A stretch of 64,000 nt of DNA from the human T2T-CHM13v2.0 reference genome, Homo sapiens: the NCBI RefSeq assembly GCF_009914755.1, contig NC_060934.1; one strand, written 5' to 3'. A program made the position numbers and the translations under genes. The notes under the pieces are model-generated. The model was not told the origin of the DNA. It was given only the letters and a program-made list of their open reading frames with translations, and did not search any database. Position 1 is the stretch's first letter. The number at the start of each line of letters is the position of its first letter. Shown here in pieces: positions 24,885 to 41,693 of this stretch.

Positions 24885-24904
24885 GCAAGCTGCACTTGGA
24901 AAGC

Positions 24905-26238
<1,334 letters not shown>

Positions 26239-27402
26239 TGCAAAAGCCCAAACTGTTTAACAAGCGGTAGGCTGCTCTGTGCCCATCCCTTTGAGTCTGG
26301 ATCATAATGTTGTTCTCTGCCTAGAAAGTACCATTTTGCCAACCTGCCTCTAACCTTCCCCTGACCATCCAAAGCAGAAGATGTGCTGTCTCCCCGGTGA
26401 CCTCATGGTTCTTTGTTCTCAGGGGCCCTGAAGTGTTTCCAGGGTAAAATCTCTGAGAAGTTTACACTAATGTCTCTCCCAAGAGAGGCTGACTGCCTCC
26501 AAAGCACAGCAGTCTTTGCCTGGCACGGAATGAATGCTTCACAAACAGTGAATTAATGAATACATTTCAGCCTGAACCATGTAGACCACGCTGCAGGAAT
26601 CACTCTCTCTCCAGTTTATGATGTTTCCTTTCAAAGGAAGGGATGAAAAGGTAGCAGCCTCAAGATCAATGGAGCAGGGTTTTGAAATACTGGAATTCAG
26701 AATGTTTTCCTGTAAAGTTGAATTTCTAATAACACATGGACATTTTCTTTTAGTAGGCTTTGTTACTGAATGGTAGAATATGAAGGGTAACTCAACATCT
26801 TTGACTATTCCCACTCAGAGAAATGGGCATTCTGAGAAATAGCAGAGCGCATTACAAGTTCTCTTAATACTGTAGCCAGTTGCTTTCCAATAAATGGTGT
26901 TTTACATACGGGAAGAACAAGACATAGAAAAACTGATTGGTTTGTTCTAATTAACAAAAAGGAAAGCAATAAATATATGATAAGGAGATTTGACATTTTC
27001 TTCCTCAGATCATTTTTTTATACACATGTTAGACACCCTCAGCATAATCTTCTTCAGTGAAGCTCTTCTCTTAAACCAATCACAGAGGGTTTTTTGAGCA
27101 TCTGTTCTGTGTTCATCATTGTACCTGATCTTAGAGTTTCTCATCTAAATGCCATATTCACTATCAAAGGCCTCTATAAAAAATAATATGATTAGACTCT
27201 GGGATTTGATGTCTCAGATAAAAATTAATATGAATCTACATACAACAAAAGGTCCAAATTAAGCTAAATGACAGTAGAGAAAATCAAGCTAGGGTGGATT
27301 GGGATACCACTGCTTGGGCTATTTTAAGTTAATATTAGCCTATAAGCAATTAAAGACTGAATTGAAAGTCCACTGTGTCCCATCAAAAATTTACCTCTTT
27401 GT

Positions 27403-27692
27403 GGCCAGGTGCAATGGTTCATGCCTGCAATCCCAGCACTTTGGGAGGCCGAGGCGGGCAGATCACGAGGTCAGGAGATCGAGACCATCCTGGCTAACAT
27501 GGTGAAACCCCGTCTCTACTAAAAAAAAAATGCAAAAAATTAGCCAGGCATGGTGGCGGGCGCCTGTAGTCCCAGCTACTCGGGAGGCTGAGGCAGGAGA
27601 ATGGCGTGACCAGAAGGCGGATGTTGCAGTGAGCTGAGATGGTGCCACTGCACTTCAGCCTGGGCGACAGAGCGAGACTCTATCTCAAAAAA
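27403..27692 (+). mobile_element. AluY
   Basis: Y-diagnostic gagatcgagaccatcctggctaac and gaatggcgtga. Perfect 18-bp TSD aaaaatttacctctttgt. Confidence 0.95.
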
Positions 27693-28384
27693 AATTTACC
27701 TCTTTGTAAACAAGAACATCAAAAAGAGTTCATATTATGTATGGAACATTAAACAGCTGTGAGTCATATCTTTGAAGAGTTCTGTGGCCTTACCATGATG
27801 TATGTGGACAGAAGAATGGCTGTTTGGGTGTTTCCACCCAATATTTAGACATTGCCCCTTTACTAGGAACTAGTGGAGAACTTAAGGTTACTAAAGAAAA
27901 CTCATGTAGAGGACCTCAAGGGTGCCTTAAACATCATCCACACTTTCATCCCTGTCCTCTCTACCTGAACAGCCACAGGGTCCGCAGACAACCAGAATTG
28001 CTCCACTGAATGCCTCTTGCTTTCTCCCCTTCCTCAAAAGATAAAAATCTCTGGCAGAAGAAATAGTTACCTGCTGCCATCCATCAGTACTGCAATTACC
28101 ATGACTCTAAGTGACCTTCTTGCCCAATGTTTAATGCACAATGGACCGTGCCCAGGGAGACCTGGGCATTTCTGTTGCTTTGTTCTACAATGATCCCTTC
28201 TGTTCTAGCAGCGTGAGCTCACTGATGGTCATACTCTCTGAGGACTGTACGCATTTTCACCCTATATCCACCTGTACCAGAAAACATGGACATAATTTAA
28301 AGTTTATTTCTACTTAATAGAGTGATATTCCAACCTGTGTGGAAATAACCATTTGTCACTCTTTAAAGAATGGTATTTAACATT

Positions 28385-28635
28385 TATTATAATGTAAGTA
28401 GTAGCATTTTAGAGTCAGTTAGTGCCAGACTTTGTGCTAATCACTTTACAAGCATTGATTCATTCTGTCCATGGAAACTCTATCCCTTTTGCTCATGTCC
28501 CCATTTGACAGCTAAGGAAACTAAAGCTTAGAGAGGTTAAGTAATTTGCCTAAAGCCGTGCAGGTCTTAAGCAGAAGAGCTTGAAGGAGACAAACTCAGA
28601 TCTGTACAATCCTGAACTCTTATAAGCCACACTTT
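28385..28635 (-). mobile_element. MIR
   Basis: gtgccagactttgtgctaatcactttaca ... ccccatttgacagctaaggaaactaaagcttagagaggttaagtaatttgcctaa. Confidence 0.8.
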
Positions 28636-29315
28636 CCTTCTATGACAAGTTACTTCATTCGGTAAATACTGTTGAAAGACTATTATATCTAAGCCTTCTT
28701 TTAGATATCTCTCACATTTGTCTACTCGTATCTACCATAAACACCTCCTTTAGAAGCTACCTTAATTTCTTGCCTATACTACCATAGTAGTCTCCTTTTC
28801 TTGCTGCGTGCCTGATCTTCATAACAAGAAATGATAAAGTCTTCTGATTGCTTTTAAAGCCTCTCTGTTCTTATCTAACCTCCACATTCCCAGAGCCCTA
28901 GTATGGAACCTGGCACACAATAGGTGCTTGACAGATAGCTGTTGATAAATGCATGCATGGATGAAAAGATGGAGGGTGGATGAATACAAATAAGTAATGC
29001 ACAGTTCTTGCCCCTAAGGAGGTCACCAGACAGAAGGAAAGAAGAAGACATACACACTTATCCCTATAACATAAGCTAGAACCTGAAGTCCTTATGATAA
29101 ACTGTATTGAAATTGTCTCTGTGTGAATATACACTGTACCCTTGTATCTCTTGCCCTACAGGACCTGGGGTGCTTAACACTCCTAACTACAGTCTCAGAA
29201 ACCCATGAGAAGTTTGGGGGTGTGGAGGTTCATTGGAGGGAGGGTCAATAATGAAGGGAAGGAAGATGGTGGAAGAAAGGATGGAGGAAAGTTATGTAAT
29301 AAAAACAAGATGACC

Positions 29316-30950
<1,635 letters not shown>

Positions 30951-31478
30951 TGGGACCAGGTAAATAGAGTCCATCACGCATGCCTTCTGAGATCATGACA
31001 TGGTGCCTTTTCAGCAAGTGTTATCTTGCAGGTACAGTCAAGCTTCGCCTTCCTCTAGCCTCTTCCCCATCGTGGAGCTAACACAGAGTCACATTGCTGA
31101 AAAACACAATGTAACAAGCCAAGCAAGTGTGTGCATTAAATCCACGGAAAATGAGGAAGTAGGGATTTGCAGCAAAAATTTGATTAACTCATTTCATTAA
31201 AAAGGACATTGACATGCAAAATAATGGAAAACAATTAATGGTCTCATTAAGATCTTTACAAATTAGAGAAGGACCACAGGGAGATGGGAGAGAGTTGGAG
31301 ACAGGAGAAAGGGGAGGACAAGCACACACTTGGGCATTTTTCCAGCTCTGCCTCATTCTCCTTCTCTAAAATCCATATGGGAGAAGTCAAAGAGAGTCTG
31401 CATGGTCCCTGCCTGGCTCATTTACAACTACAGTCATCCACTGCTTATGAAATACTGGATCTTTCCCAAGCATTCTAC

Positions 31479-31863
<385 letters not shown>

Positions 31864-32007
31864 TGATTATGTGATTATACACTGCTATGTTAAGTTCGCT
31901 TAGGAGTTAGGAGTGCAGTTTAAGTTGGGGCAGAGGAGGGAAAGAATGGCAATGTGGAGCTTTTAATGGGAAACAAGCTGGGATGATGTGCAGAAATAAG
32001 AACTCCT

Positions 32008-32415
<408 letters not shown>

Positions 32416-32619
32416 TTAGAGCCTCACCGCAGAAACTGGAACAGGAAACAGCATTTCAATAACATTTAAGTGAGTCATAGTAACTACACCCTGTATATCG
32501 AAGCTTCTAACTGTCTTAAGTCTCATTTGGGCACTAAATAATAATGATGTGGCATTTTGAGATAGGATCCATCTTACTTTATTATTTGGAGAATTATTAC
32601 TTACAGTATTCCCATTTTT

Positions 32620-35600
32620 TAAGTTGAACTTTTTATTTTGAGATTATTGTAGATTCACATATAATTACAAGAAATAATTCAGAGAGATGCTATGTATTCC
32701 TACTAATTTTCCCCTAATAGTAACATCTTTCAAAACTATATGATATGGTTTGGCTGTGTTCTCACCCAAATCTCATCTTGAATCGTAGCTTCTACAATTC
32801 TCATGTGTTGTTGGAGGGACCTGGTGGGAGGTAATTGAATCATGGGGGTGGGTCTTTCCTGTGCTGCTCTCATGATCGTGAATAAGTCTCACAAGATCTG
32901 ATGGTTTTATAAAGGTTTTATAAAGCACAAATTCTCTCTTGCCTGCCGCCATGTAAGACATGCCTTTTGCCTTCAACCATGATTGTGAGGCCTCCCCAGC
33001 CACATGGAACTGTGAGTCCATTAAACCTCTTTTTCCTTATAAATTGCCCAGTCAGGTATGTCTTTCTCAGCAGCATGAAAATGGACTAATACACTATAGT
33101 ACAACATCACAACCGGGATGCTGACATTGATACTGTCAAGATGTACATTTGCATCATGAAGAAGACCCCTTACCTTGCCTTTTATTATCCTACCCACTTG
33201 CCTCCTGCTCCTGCCTGCTCCTTAAGCCATGGCAGTCAGCAATCTGTTCTCCATTTCTATAATTTTGTCATTTTTAGAGTCTTTTATAAATGCAATCCCA
33301 TGATGTGTAACCTTTCAAGAAACAATTCTCTGGAGATTCTTCTAGGTTGTAGTGTGTATCAGTAGTTATTATTTATTGCTGTGTAGTATTCCATGGTACG
33401 GATGTGCCATAGTTGGTTTAACCATTTATCCATTGACAAACATCTGAGTGGTTTCTGGGTTGGGGCTATGATGAATTAAGCTGCTATCAACATTCCTGTA
33501 CAGTTTTTTGTGTGAACATAGTTGTCATGTCTCTGGAGTGCAGTTGCTGAGTCACAGGGTATTTGCATGTTTAGTTTTTTAAAGAAACAGTTTAGTTTTG
33601 CAGACTGGCTGTACCATTTTGCATTTCCACAGCAATGTATGAGTAATCAAGTTTCTTTGAATCCTTACCAGTATTTGAATTTGTCACTGCGTTTTACTTT
33701 AACTTTTCTGATAGGGTCTGTAATGGTAGTTCTTTGTGGTTTTAATTTGCACTTTGCTACTTGCTAATGATGTTGAAAATATTTTCAGGTGCTTATTTGA
33801 CTTCCGCGTATCCTCTTTCATTAAATATCTCCTGTCTTTTGCCCACTTTATAATTAGATTTTGTTTTTTTGTATTTTTCCTGTTATGTTTTGAGAATTCT
33901 TTATACATTCTGAATACATGTTTTTTATATGTATTTGAGTAGTATTTAAAGAGCTTTTTTAGCAATTGACAGTGATATTGTATTTTTAATTTTAATTTCC
34001 ATGTGTTCATTGTTGGTATATACAAGTGCAACTGATTTTTATATATTTATCTTGTATCCTGCAACTTTGCTGAACTCACTAATTCTAGGAGTTTTCCATA
34101 GCATTTTGTATGTAGGCAGTCATATCACTGACAAATAGAACACTTTTCTTTCATTCTGATTTGCATGACTTTATTTACTTTACTTAATGAACTGGCTAGA
34201 ACTTTGAGCACTATGTTGAATAAGAGTGGTGAGAGCAGACATTTTTGCATTGTCCTTGATATTGGAGTGAAAGCATTCAGACTTTCATGATGAAATACAA
34301 TGTTTGCTGTAGGTTTTCTTTAATGCTTTTTAGCAAGCAAAGAAGTTGCCCCCTATTCCTGTTTCTTTTTCAAGAATTTCTATCATAAGTGATGGGCAAA
34401 TGCTTTTTCTGTATCAACTGGTGTTATCACCTGATTTTTCTTTTTTATTCTGCTAATATGGTGGATTACATTAATTGATTTTCCAATGTTGAACCAGGTT
34501 GGCATCCTTGAAATAAACCCTATTTAGTCTTGATATATAATTCTTCATATATATTACTGAATTCTATTTGTCGTGTTTTATTAAGGATTTTCGTGTCTGT
34601 TTTCCTGAGGGATATTGATTTGCAGTTTTTTTCTGTCAATATGTTTGTTTGGTTTTGATATCATGGTAATATTAGCTTCATAAAAAGTATTGGAGGGTGT
34701 TTTCTCCTGTTCTGCTTTTTGGAAGAGATTGTGTAGAATTGGTGTTAGTTCTGTATTAGATATTTAGTCTTGGTATTAGGGTCCCAAATTCTCCAATGAA
34801 ACCCTCTGGGCCTGGATATTTAAGAGTTTTTAAATTATGAATTTATTTTCTGAATTGTTACAGAGCTATTCAAACCATTCATTTCATATTGAGTGAATTG
34901 TGGTAGCTTTGTGTTTTTTGAGGAAGTGATTCATTTCATCATATGTGACAAATATATGTGTATATGAATATTCATAATACATTATTTCCTTATTGTACTT
35001 TTGATATCTGCATGGTCTGTAATAACATACCCCATTTTATTCCTGATAATGGCAATTTGCATATTCTTTTTTTCTTTGTCAGTCTTGCTAGATGCTTGTC
35101 AGTTTTATTGATTTTTAAAAAATAGCCTTAGTTTTTCTATTTCCAATTTTAATGATTTCTGCTCTTTATGATTTCTTTCCTTTTGCTTGCTTTGATTTTA
35201 TTTTGCTCTGCTATTTTGAAGTTCTTGAGATGAGAAGTTACATTATTGATTTGAGACATTTCTTCCTTTCTGATGCATTTAGTGCTTTCAGTTTCCTTCA
35301 AAATTGGATTATCTGTATCCCCCAAAATTTTATTACATTATGTATTCCTTATCATTCAGTTTAATATTTTCTATTTCCCTTGAGACTTGCATTTTAACCC
35401 ACAGATTATGTAGAAGTGGGCTGTTTAGTTTCAATAGGTTAGAATATTTCCCTATCATTCTGAATTGATTTTAGTTTGATTGCATTGTGATTAGAGAACA
35501 CATGACGCATGATTTCTGTTTTTTACATTTATTAAAATTTGTTTTATCCATAGGATATTAACCATCTTGGTATGTGTTTTATGGGCACTTGACAATAATT

Positions 35601-38480
35601 CATATTCTGCTATTGCTGAGTGGGATATTCTATAAATATTTGTTAGATCCTGTTCTTTGACGGGTGGTGTTGAGTTCTTGTGTATCCTTGCTAATTTTCT
35701 ATCTAGTTATTCTATCAGTTGCGGAAAGCAGAATGTTAAAGTCTATAACTCTAATTGCGAATTTTTCTACTATTTTTCAGTTCTAATTTTTGCTTCACAT
35801 ATTTTGCAACCCTGTGCTTGATGTATACACACTTAGGATTGTTATATCTTCTTGGTAGATTGACCTTTTGTCATTATGTAACCTCCATCTCTGTCTCTGA
35901 TGTATTTCTTTGCTTGGAAATCAGATATTAATATAGCCACTCCTACTTTCGCTTGATTAATGTTTGTATGATATATCTTTTTCCATTATTTTACTTTCAA
36001 GCTGCTTATACCATTATGTTTTAAGTGATTTTATTATGGATAGTATATCATTGGAACATACTTTTAAATTCACTCTGCCAATCTCTGTTTGTTACTGGTA
36101 TATTTAGATCATTTACATTTAATTTAATTTACTTTTAATGTAATTACTAATTTGTTATGGCTTAAGTCTAGCATTTCATTTTTTATTGTATGTTTATACT
36201 CTGTTTTGCATTTCTGTTTTCTTTTTCTTTTCTTCTTGTGGATTACTTGAACAATTGTTAGATTTCCCTTTTGGTTTATCTATAGCATTTTCAAGTGTAT
36301 CTCTGTGCATAGCATTTATAGTAGTCACTCTAAGTATTACATGATATATTAAAAGCTTATCACGATCTGCTGATATCATCATTTTACCAGTTTAAGTGAA
36401 GTATAGAAACCTTATCTTCCTCTATGTCCTCTTACAACACCCCTGTTTATAATGTAATTGTCTTAAATATTTTTCACTATATACATTTAGATACACATAA
36501 TTTTTGCTTCAACTGCCCAACATAATTTTTAAAACTTAAGGAAATCCAGTTGTATTAACTACATTATTGCTTACTTGTAGTTGTTCCTTCCTGATGTCCT
36601 GATGCTTATTCTTTCATGGTTTTTTTCCACTTAGAAAACTTCCTTTAGCCATTCTTTTAGGGTAAGTCTGCATGTGACAAATTCTCTTAGTTTCCCTTAA
36701 AACTGTTCTCATTTTCCCCTTCATTCTTGAAGAATATTTTCACTGGATATAGGATTCTTGTTGACAGTTGTTTTCAGTATCTGAAAAATATTTTGTCACT
36801 TCCTTCTGGCTTCTGTAGTTGCTGATGAGAAATCGATAGTCATTCTTATTGTTTTTGCTATAGGTAAGGCATCATTTTTACTCTGGCTGCTTTCAAGATG
36901 TTTATCTTTCATTTTCAGAAGCTTGATTATGTGCCTTGGCAGAAATTTATTTGGATATATCCTGTAGGTTTATGTCTCTTAATAGATTTGGGGTATTTTC
37001 CAGCATTATTTCTTTGAGTACTTTTTTACCACTACCCACCTCCTTCTTTCCATCTGAAATTCAAATGACATGAGAGTTAGATATTTTTGTTATAGCCCTA
37101 TATGTCCCTGATACATTTCTGAGTCCATGTTTTTTTTTCTTTTTTCAGTGTATTTCTCTCTATTCAGAATATGTCATTCTATATTTCAGTTCACTGATTT
37201 TTCTTCTGATCCCTTCATTCTGCTGTTGAATGCATCCACTGAGCTTTTTATTTTGGTTATCATATTTCTCATTTCTGAAATTACCATTTGCTTCTTCTCT
37301 ATAACTTCTCTTTCCTTGCTGAAGCTTTCTTTTTTTTCCATTTGCTTCAAGTATGTTTGTAATTGCTTGTTGAAGTATTTTTATCATGGCTGCTTTTAAA
37401 ACCTTTGTCAGATAAATCAAACATGTCTGTCATCAAGGTGTTGGCATCTATTGATTTTTTCCATTCATTTTGAGATCTATCTTCCTGGTTCTTTTTATGA
37501 TGACTGTTTTTTTAAATTAAAACCTAGACATTTTTGTCTTAATATGAGACTATTAAATTAATTAATTACAACTTTGGTTTCACTGGCTTTCTCTGACATG
37601 CCTATGTCAAGGAAACAGGAGATTTCCTAATGGAGGGTACTGCCTCATTAATGCCAGGTAGAGATAGAGGTCCATGTTAACCACTTAACCTTCTTTAACA
37701 CATAAGTTGGGGGAGGGCTCCTTTTTTACTACAGGGTTGGGATATGCTTTCTGCATCCTCAGGTAACCTCCACTGACACCATGGTGAGGGTGACTTTATT
37801 ACCACTGGATGAAAGTTCTGACTCTCCACCAGGCTGCTTCTGATCCCAGCTCAGCAGAGATGAGAAAAGACACCTTATTACTGCAAGTACACTTGGAAGT
37901 TCAGGCTCCCCTACATAGAGACCACTAACACCAAGGAGAAGAGGCAAAGGGAAAGGGGGACCTCATTACTGGTCAGTGGGGATTAACGTTCTAGCTCTCT
38001 ACTTGGCCTTCTTTGACACCACCCCCCTGGGGCCCTGGAATACCTTGTTACAGCTTGGTGAGGGTAAAATTCTAGGTTCCCCACTCAGCCTCTGCTACTA
38101 TGAGTATGACTGAAGTCATGAACTCATCTGAAGTACAGCAGATATTAACTGTTAAAACACTACCTAGCAGATAGTTTTATGTCTTGCTAGGCTGCTGCTT
38201 TTCTGATCATTTGGGTAGGGTAAAGAGAATAAACTTTTGTTGGGCTTTTTAAAATGTGCCTATTGCTATTTCTGAATTGGCAACGACTTCAGCTCTATAT
38301 CTGGGAACTCATCACCATGTTATCTTCAGATCTCAAGTTCCCTAGATGGTCTACCACCTTCTTTCCACCTTTCAAAGTCTTGTGTTTGGTTTATACATAA
38401 TGTCCAGAGATTTGAGTTGTATATAGACAAAGGAATAAGGAAAAGTGTGTCTACTCCATTTGCCCAGAAGCAGAAGTCGG
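32620..38480 (-). mobile_element. Long old L1 (L1MC-like), ~5.5 kb, split by THE1B
   Basis: 3' end ttttattttgagattattgtagattcacat at the left, then a continuous T-rich antisense ORF2/ORF1-like body. ORFs 33699..34031 and 37160..37420 translate to L1-like peptides. Confidence 0.88.
32741..33093 (+). mobile_element. THE1B-like MaLR solo LTR
   Basis: tgatatggtttggctgtg ... atggactaataca. Perfect 5-bp TSD CTATA at 32736-32740 and 33094-33098. Confidence 0.95.
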
Positions 38481-38677
38481 TATTCTCTCATTTTTTTTTT
38501 TAAAGTTTTACTTATCCTTAAATTCTTATCCCTCTTGCAACAGCAAAATGAAGAAAAAAAATTTCCTCACATTTTCCTGTTTCCTACTGAAAGTAAAAAA
38601 GATCATTGGAGCTTCTCTCTTGAGTCTCATGCTTTTTTTTGTTTCCACCAGCTCTCATCAAATTCTTAAGATGCACT

Positions 38678-38679
<2 letters not shown>

Positions 38680-38715
<36 letters not shown>
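38680..38715. repeat. (GT)18 microsatellite
   Basis: Read directly from the sequence. Confidence 0.98.
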
Positions 38716-38717
<2 letters not shown>

Positions 38718-39082
38718 CTGTGTCTGTGTCTATATAGGTATGTGCCGATAAATTATTCCAACTCATTCTGAATTTCTGTCACCAACTGGTTCTGGAATGA
38801 GTGAGGGTCCTAAAAAGGCTAATATTTAATGATCTTCAAATATTATCAAAGTGACCACCAGAAAGATTGATGTAAATCAAACTTCACTGTCAAGAGACAA
38901 CCATCATATCCACCTGCCCCACTCCACCCATTCCCTACCCCAATCTGTTTTCCCTTAAGAAAGAGCAGAGGCTCTAGAACTTGTAGGAATATAAACTTGA
39001 AAAGCAGGAGTTATAATCCTGGACTCTGGAAGAATGCATAAACAATGCAGCTACTATCTACCACAGTTGTCCACCTCCTGTG

Positions 39083-39084
<2 letters not shown>

Positions 39085-39115
<31 letters not shown>

Positions 39116-39380
39116 AGATGGAGTCTCTGTTGTCCAGGCTGGAGTGCAGAGGTGCAATCTTGGCTCACTGCAACCTCTACTTCCTGGATTCTGCCTAAGC
39201 CTCCCGAGTAGCTGGGATTACAGGCACGTACCACCACGCCTGGCTAATTTTTGTATTTTCAGTAAAGACGGGGATTCCCCATGTTGGCCAGGCTGATCTC
39301 AAACTCCTGACCTAAAGTGATCCACCTGCCTCAGCCTCCCAAAGTGCTGAGATTACGGGCATGAGCCACTGCGCCTGGCT
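39085..39380 (-). mobile_element. Alu (AluS)
   Basis: Dimer with a ~30-nt poly-T. TSD acctcctgtg(a/c)at. Confidence 0.95.
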
Positions 39381-41076
39381 ACCTCCTGTGCATATTAAAG
39401 CCACGTTCCACAGCGGAGATCCAGGCAAAGGATGTGCTTTGTAGACCACATGATGGAGATTTGGGGTGTTTAGTTCTCAGTTCATAGGAAAGGCCGGAAA
39501 CCAGTTCACTTCGTCATTTCAGCGATCGCTGTCCTAGGTTTCAGGCACTTCAATGTAACGTTGACATGAGCCCTTCCTTTTCTTTCTTTTTCTTTTTTAA
39601 TAAACAGCCAGTTTTACTGAAAAACTGGCTGTTGTTACTTCCTGATTCTATGGAACTCTAAGTCAAAATCATAAAAGATAGCATCTAAGCATATTTCATA
39701 CTAACATCCGGAAATACTCACAGTGCCTAAATTTTGAGAAACAAAATGTCCCCCAGCTTTTTGCTGATACTTCCACCAATGTCACAGGATTATTTGTTTT
39801 AGATTTTTTTTCTTTCCAAGCAGGCCTGGAGGTAAATGAGCTGCTTGGAAAAGATTGTTCTCAGAGTCTCAACAGGTCAGGTACAAATGCAAAAAATCTA
39901 CAAAATACTAAGGATTGGGGCTGGGAGTTGGAAGTTCTCATAACTGCATAGTCCAGAGGATATAGTAGGGATTAGCATGATCCCACTAGCTACCTAGAAG
40001 GTAGAAAGGGGAGACACAAAATTTCCAAATAAGCACATCCTCAAACATGCATGGAAAAATTATGGTCAACTGAGAGACCAGGGTGGAAAGGAGAGGAATT
40101 TGTGGGAAGATGGAGGGTGTGCTATATGGATGTGAAGTTCTTCTGAATGTTTTTGAATTCAATTTTCCTCCATCCAAATGAAAGCTGACTTTATAAAATA
40201 GCACTTTTGGGAGGAAGGTAGAAGGAGGAATCATGCTTAAAAAAATTAGCACATTCTAAGTGATCAGATGTGATCTTTAATATTGAAAGCCCTCAAATTT
40301 AGTCATTGGAAAGAGTCAAGCCCGGTTCCAGGGCTAGCATCTAATTAGTTTACAACTTCCTGAATCAATACCAAACAAATGATGAAATAAAGTAGATAAA
40401 CTAGCTTTCTATAGCATTTACCTTTATTTTCTGTGTGCTACATAAGGTACCAGAGGAAAGAGCCTTTGCAAAAAATAAAAACAAAAATGAATAAGCCCAG
40501 AACAACTTGGGGATACTATCTTCGTCTTGGACTGGTTTATACTGGAACTCCTGGGAGGTGTCTGTGCTGTCTCTCACAGACAAATACAAAAAAAAAAAAT
40601 ATTCATGCTCCTTGCAATAGGCAGTCAAATTGTGCATCCTACCTCAAACAGATAAGCCTTCACGGTAGTACCATGCTGTCTTGCATGTAAAAGGAAAACC
40701 ACTGACCCCACTGAGTGACTCGCAATACTACTTGAACATGGAAATGCCAGATGGATTGAAAGTGACAGACCTAATAAGCAGCTTCCAGAATCTGCATGAA
40801 TCTAATTGCAGAAAATCCTTAGTGCAGCTGCTTCTATTTGCTTCCTCAAATCCTTAAGCCAAACAACCTACATCAGAGAGCCTCGGCATGCTCTTGAATG
40901 GCCCAAGCCATCTGAAATGTCCTGTGGGATTTATCTAAGCCCTGGCTCCAATTAGGAATTATTCAGGGACTTTTCCCAATAGTCCACAGGGAGAAATGTC
41001 AGTTAGGCATACTGGTTGTGTGTATGTCTTATTGATCAGATTTTCAATACTTCCCTCACCCAGATTTCTTAAACAG

Positions 41077-41078
<2 letters not shown>

Positions 41079-41120
<42 letters not shown>
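41079..41120. repeat. (GT)21 microsatellite
   Basis: Read directly from the sequence. Confidence 0.98.
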
Positions 41121-41122
<2 letters not shown>

Positions 41123-41124
<2 letters not shown>

Positions 41125-41390
41125 TTTTTTTTTTTTGAGATGGAGTCTCGCTCTGTCACCCAGGCTGGAATGCAATGGCGTGATCTCGGCTCACTGCAAC
41201 CTCCGCCTCCGCCTTTCAAGTAGCTGGGATTACAGGCACCCGCCACCATGCCCAGCTAATTTTTGTATTTTTAGTAGAGACAGGGTTTCACTATCTTAGC
41301 CAGGTTGGTCTTGAACTCCTGACCTCGTGATCCACTCGCCTCGGCCTCCCAAAGTGCTGGGATTACAGGTGTGAGCCACTGCGCCCGGCC
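41123..41390 (-). mobile_element. Alu (AluS) with an internal deletion in the right arm
   Basis: ctccgcctccgcctttcaagtagctgg junction lacks the usual gggttcaagcgattctcctgcctcagcc segment. Confidence 0.93.
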
Positions 41391-41693
41391 CAGATATATA
41401 TTTTCAATTAATGCAATAATAATGATCAAACATCTTGAATCCCAAAGTGGCTATATGGTTGGGTAAAGCTAAAACATACTTTTATTGAGAAATGTGTAAT
41501 TCCTAAGAATCTGATGCAATCTAAGATTGGAGGTTCTGTTTAACTTTATTTCCCATTGTTTTGCTTGCATGCTGAATTTTCCTTCAGGTACTGGAAGGAT
41601 CATAATGTGGATGTAAAGAGTTGGAAAGGACTGGATATTACTCTGTTGTCCTTGAGTAAACTGTCCTAGCTCTATTATGCCTGCTTGTGATGT

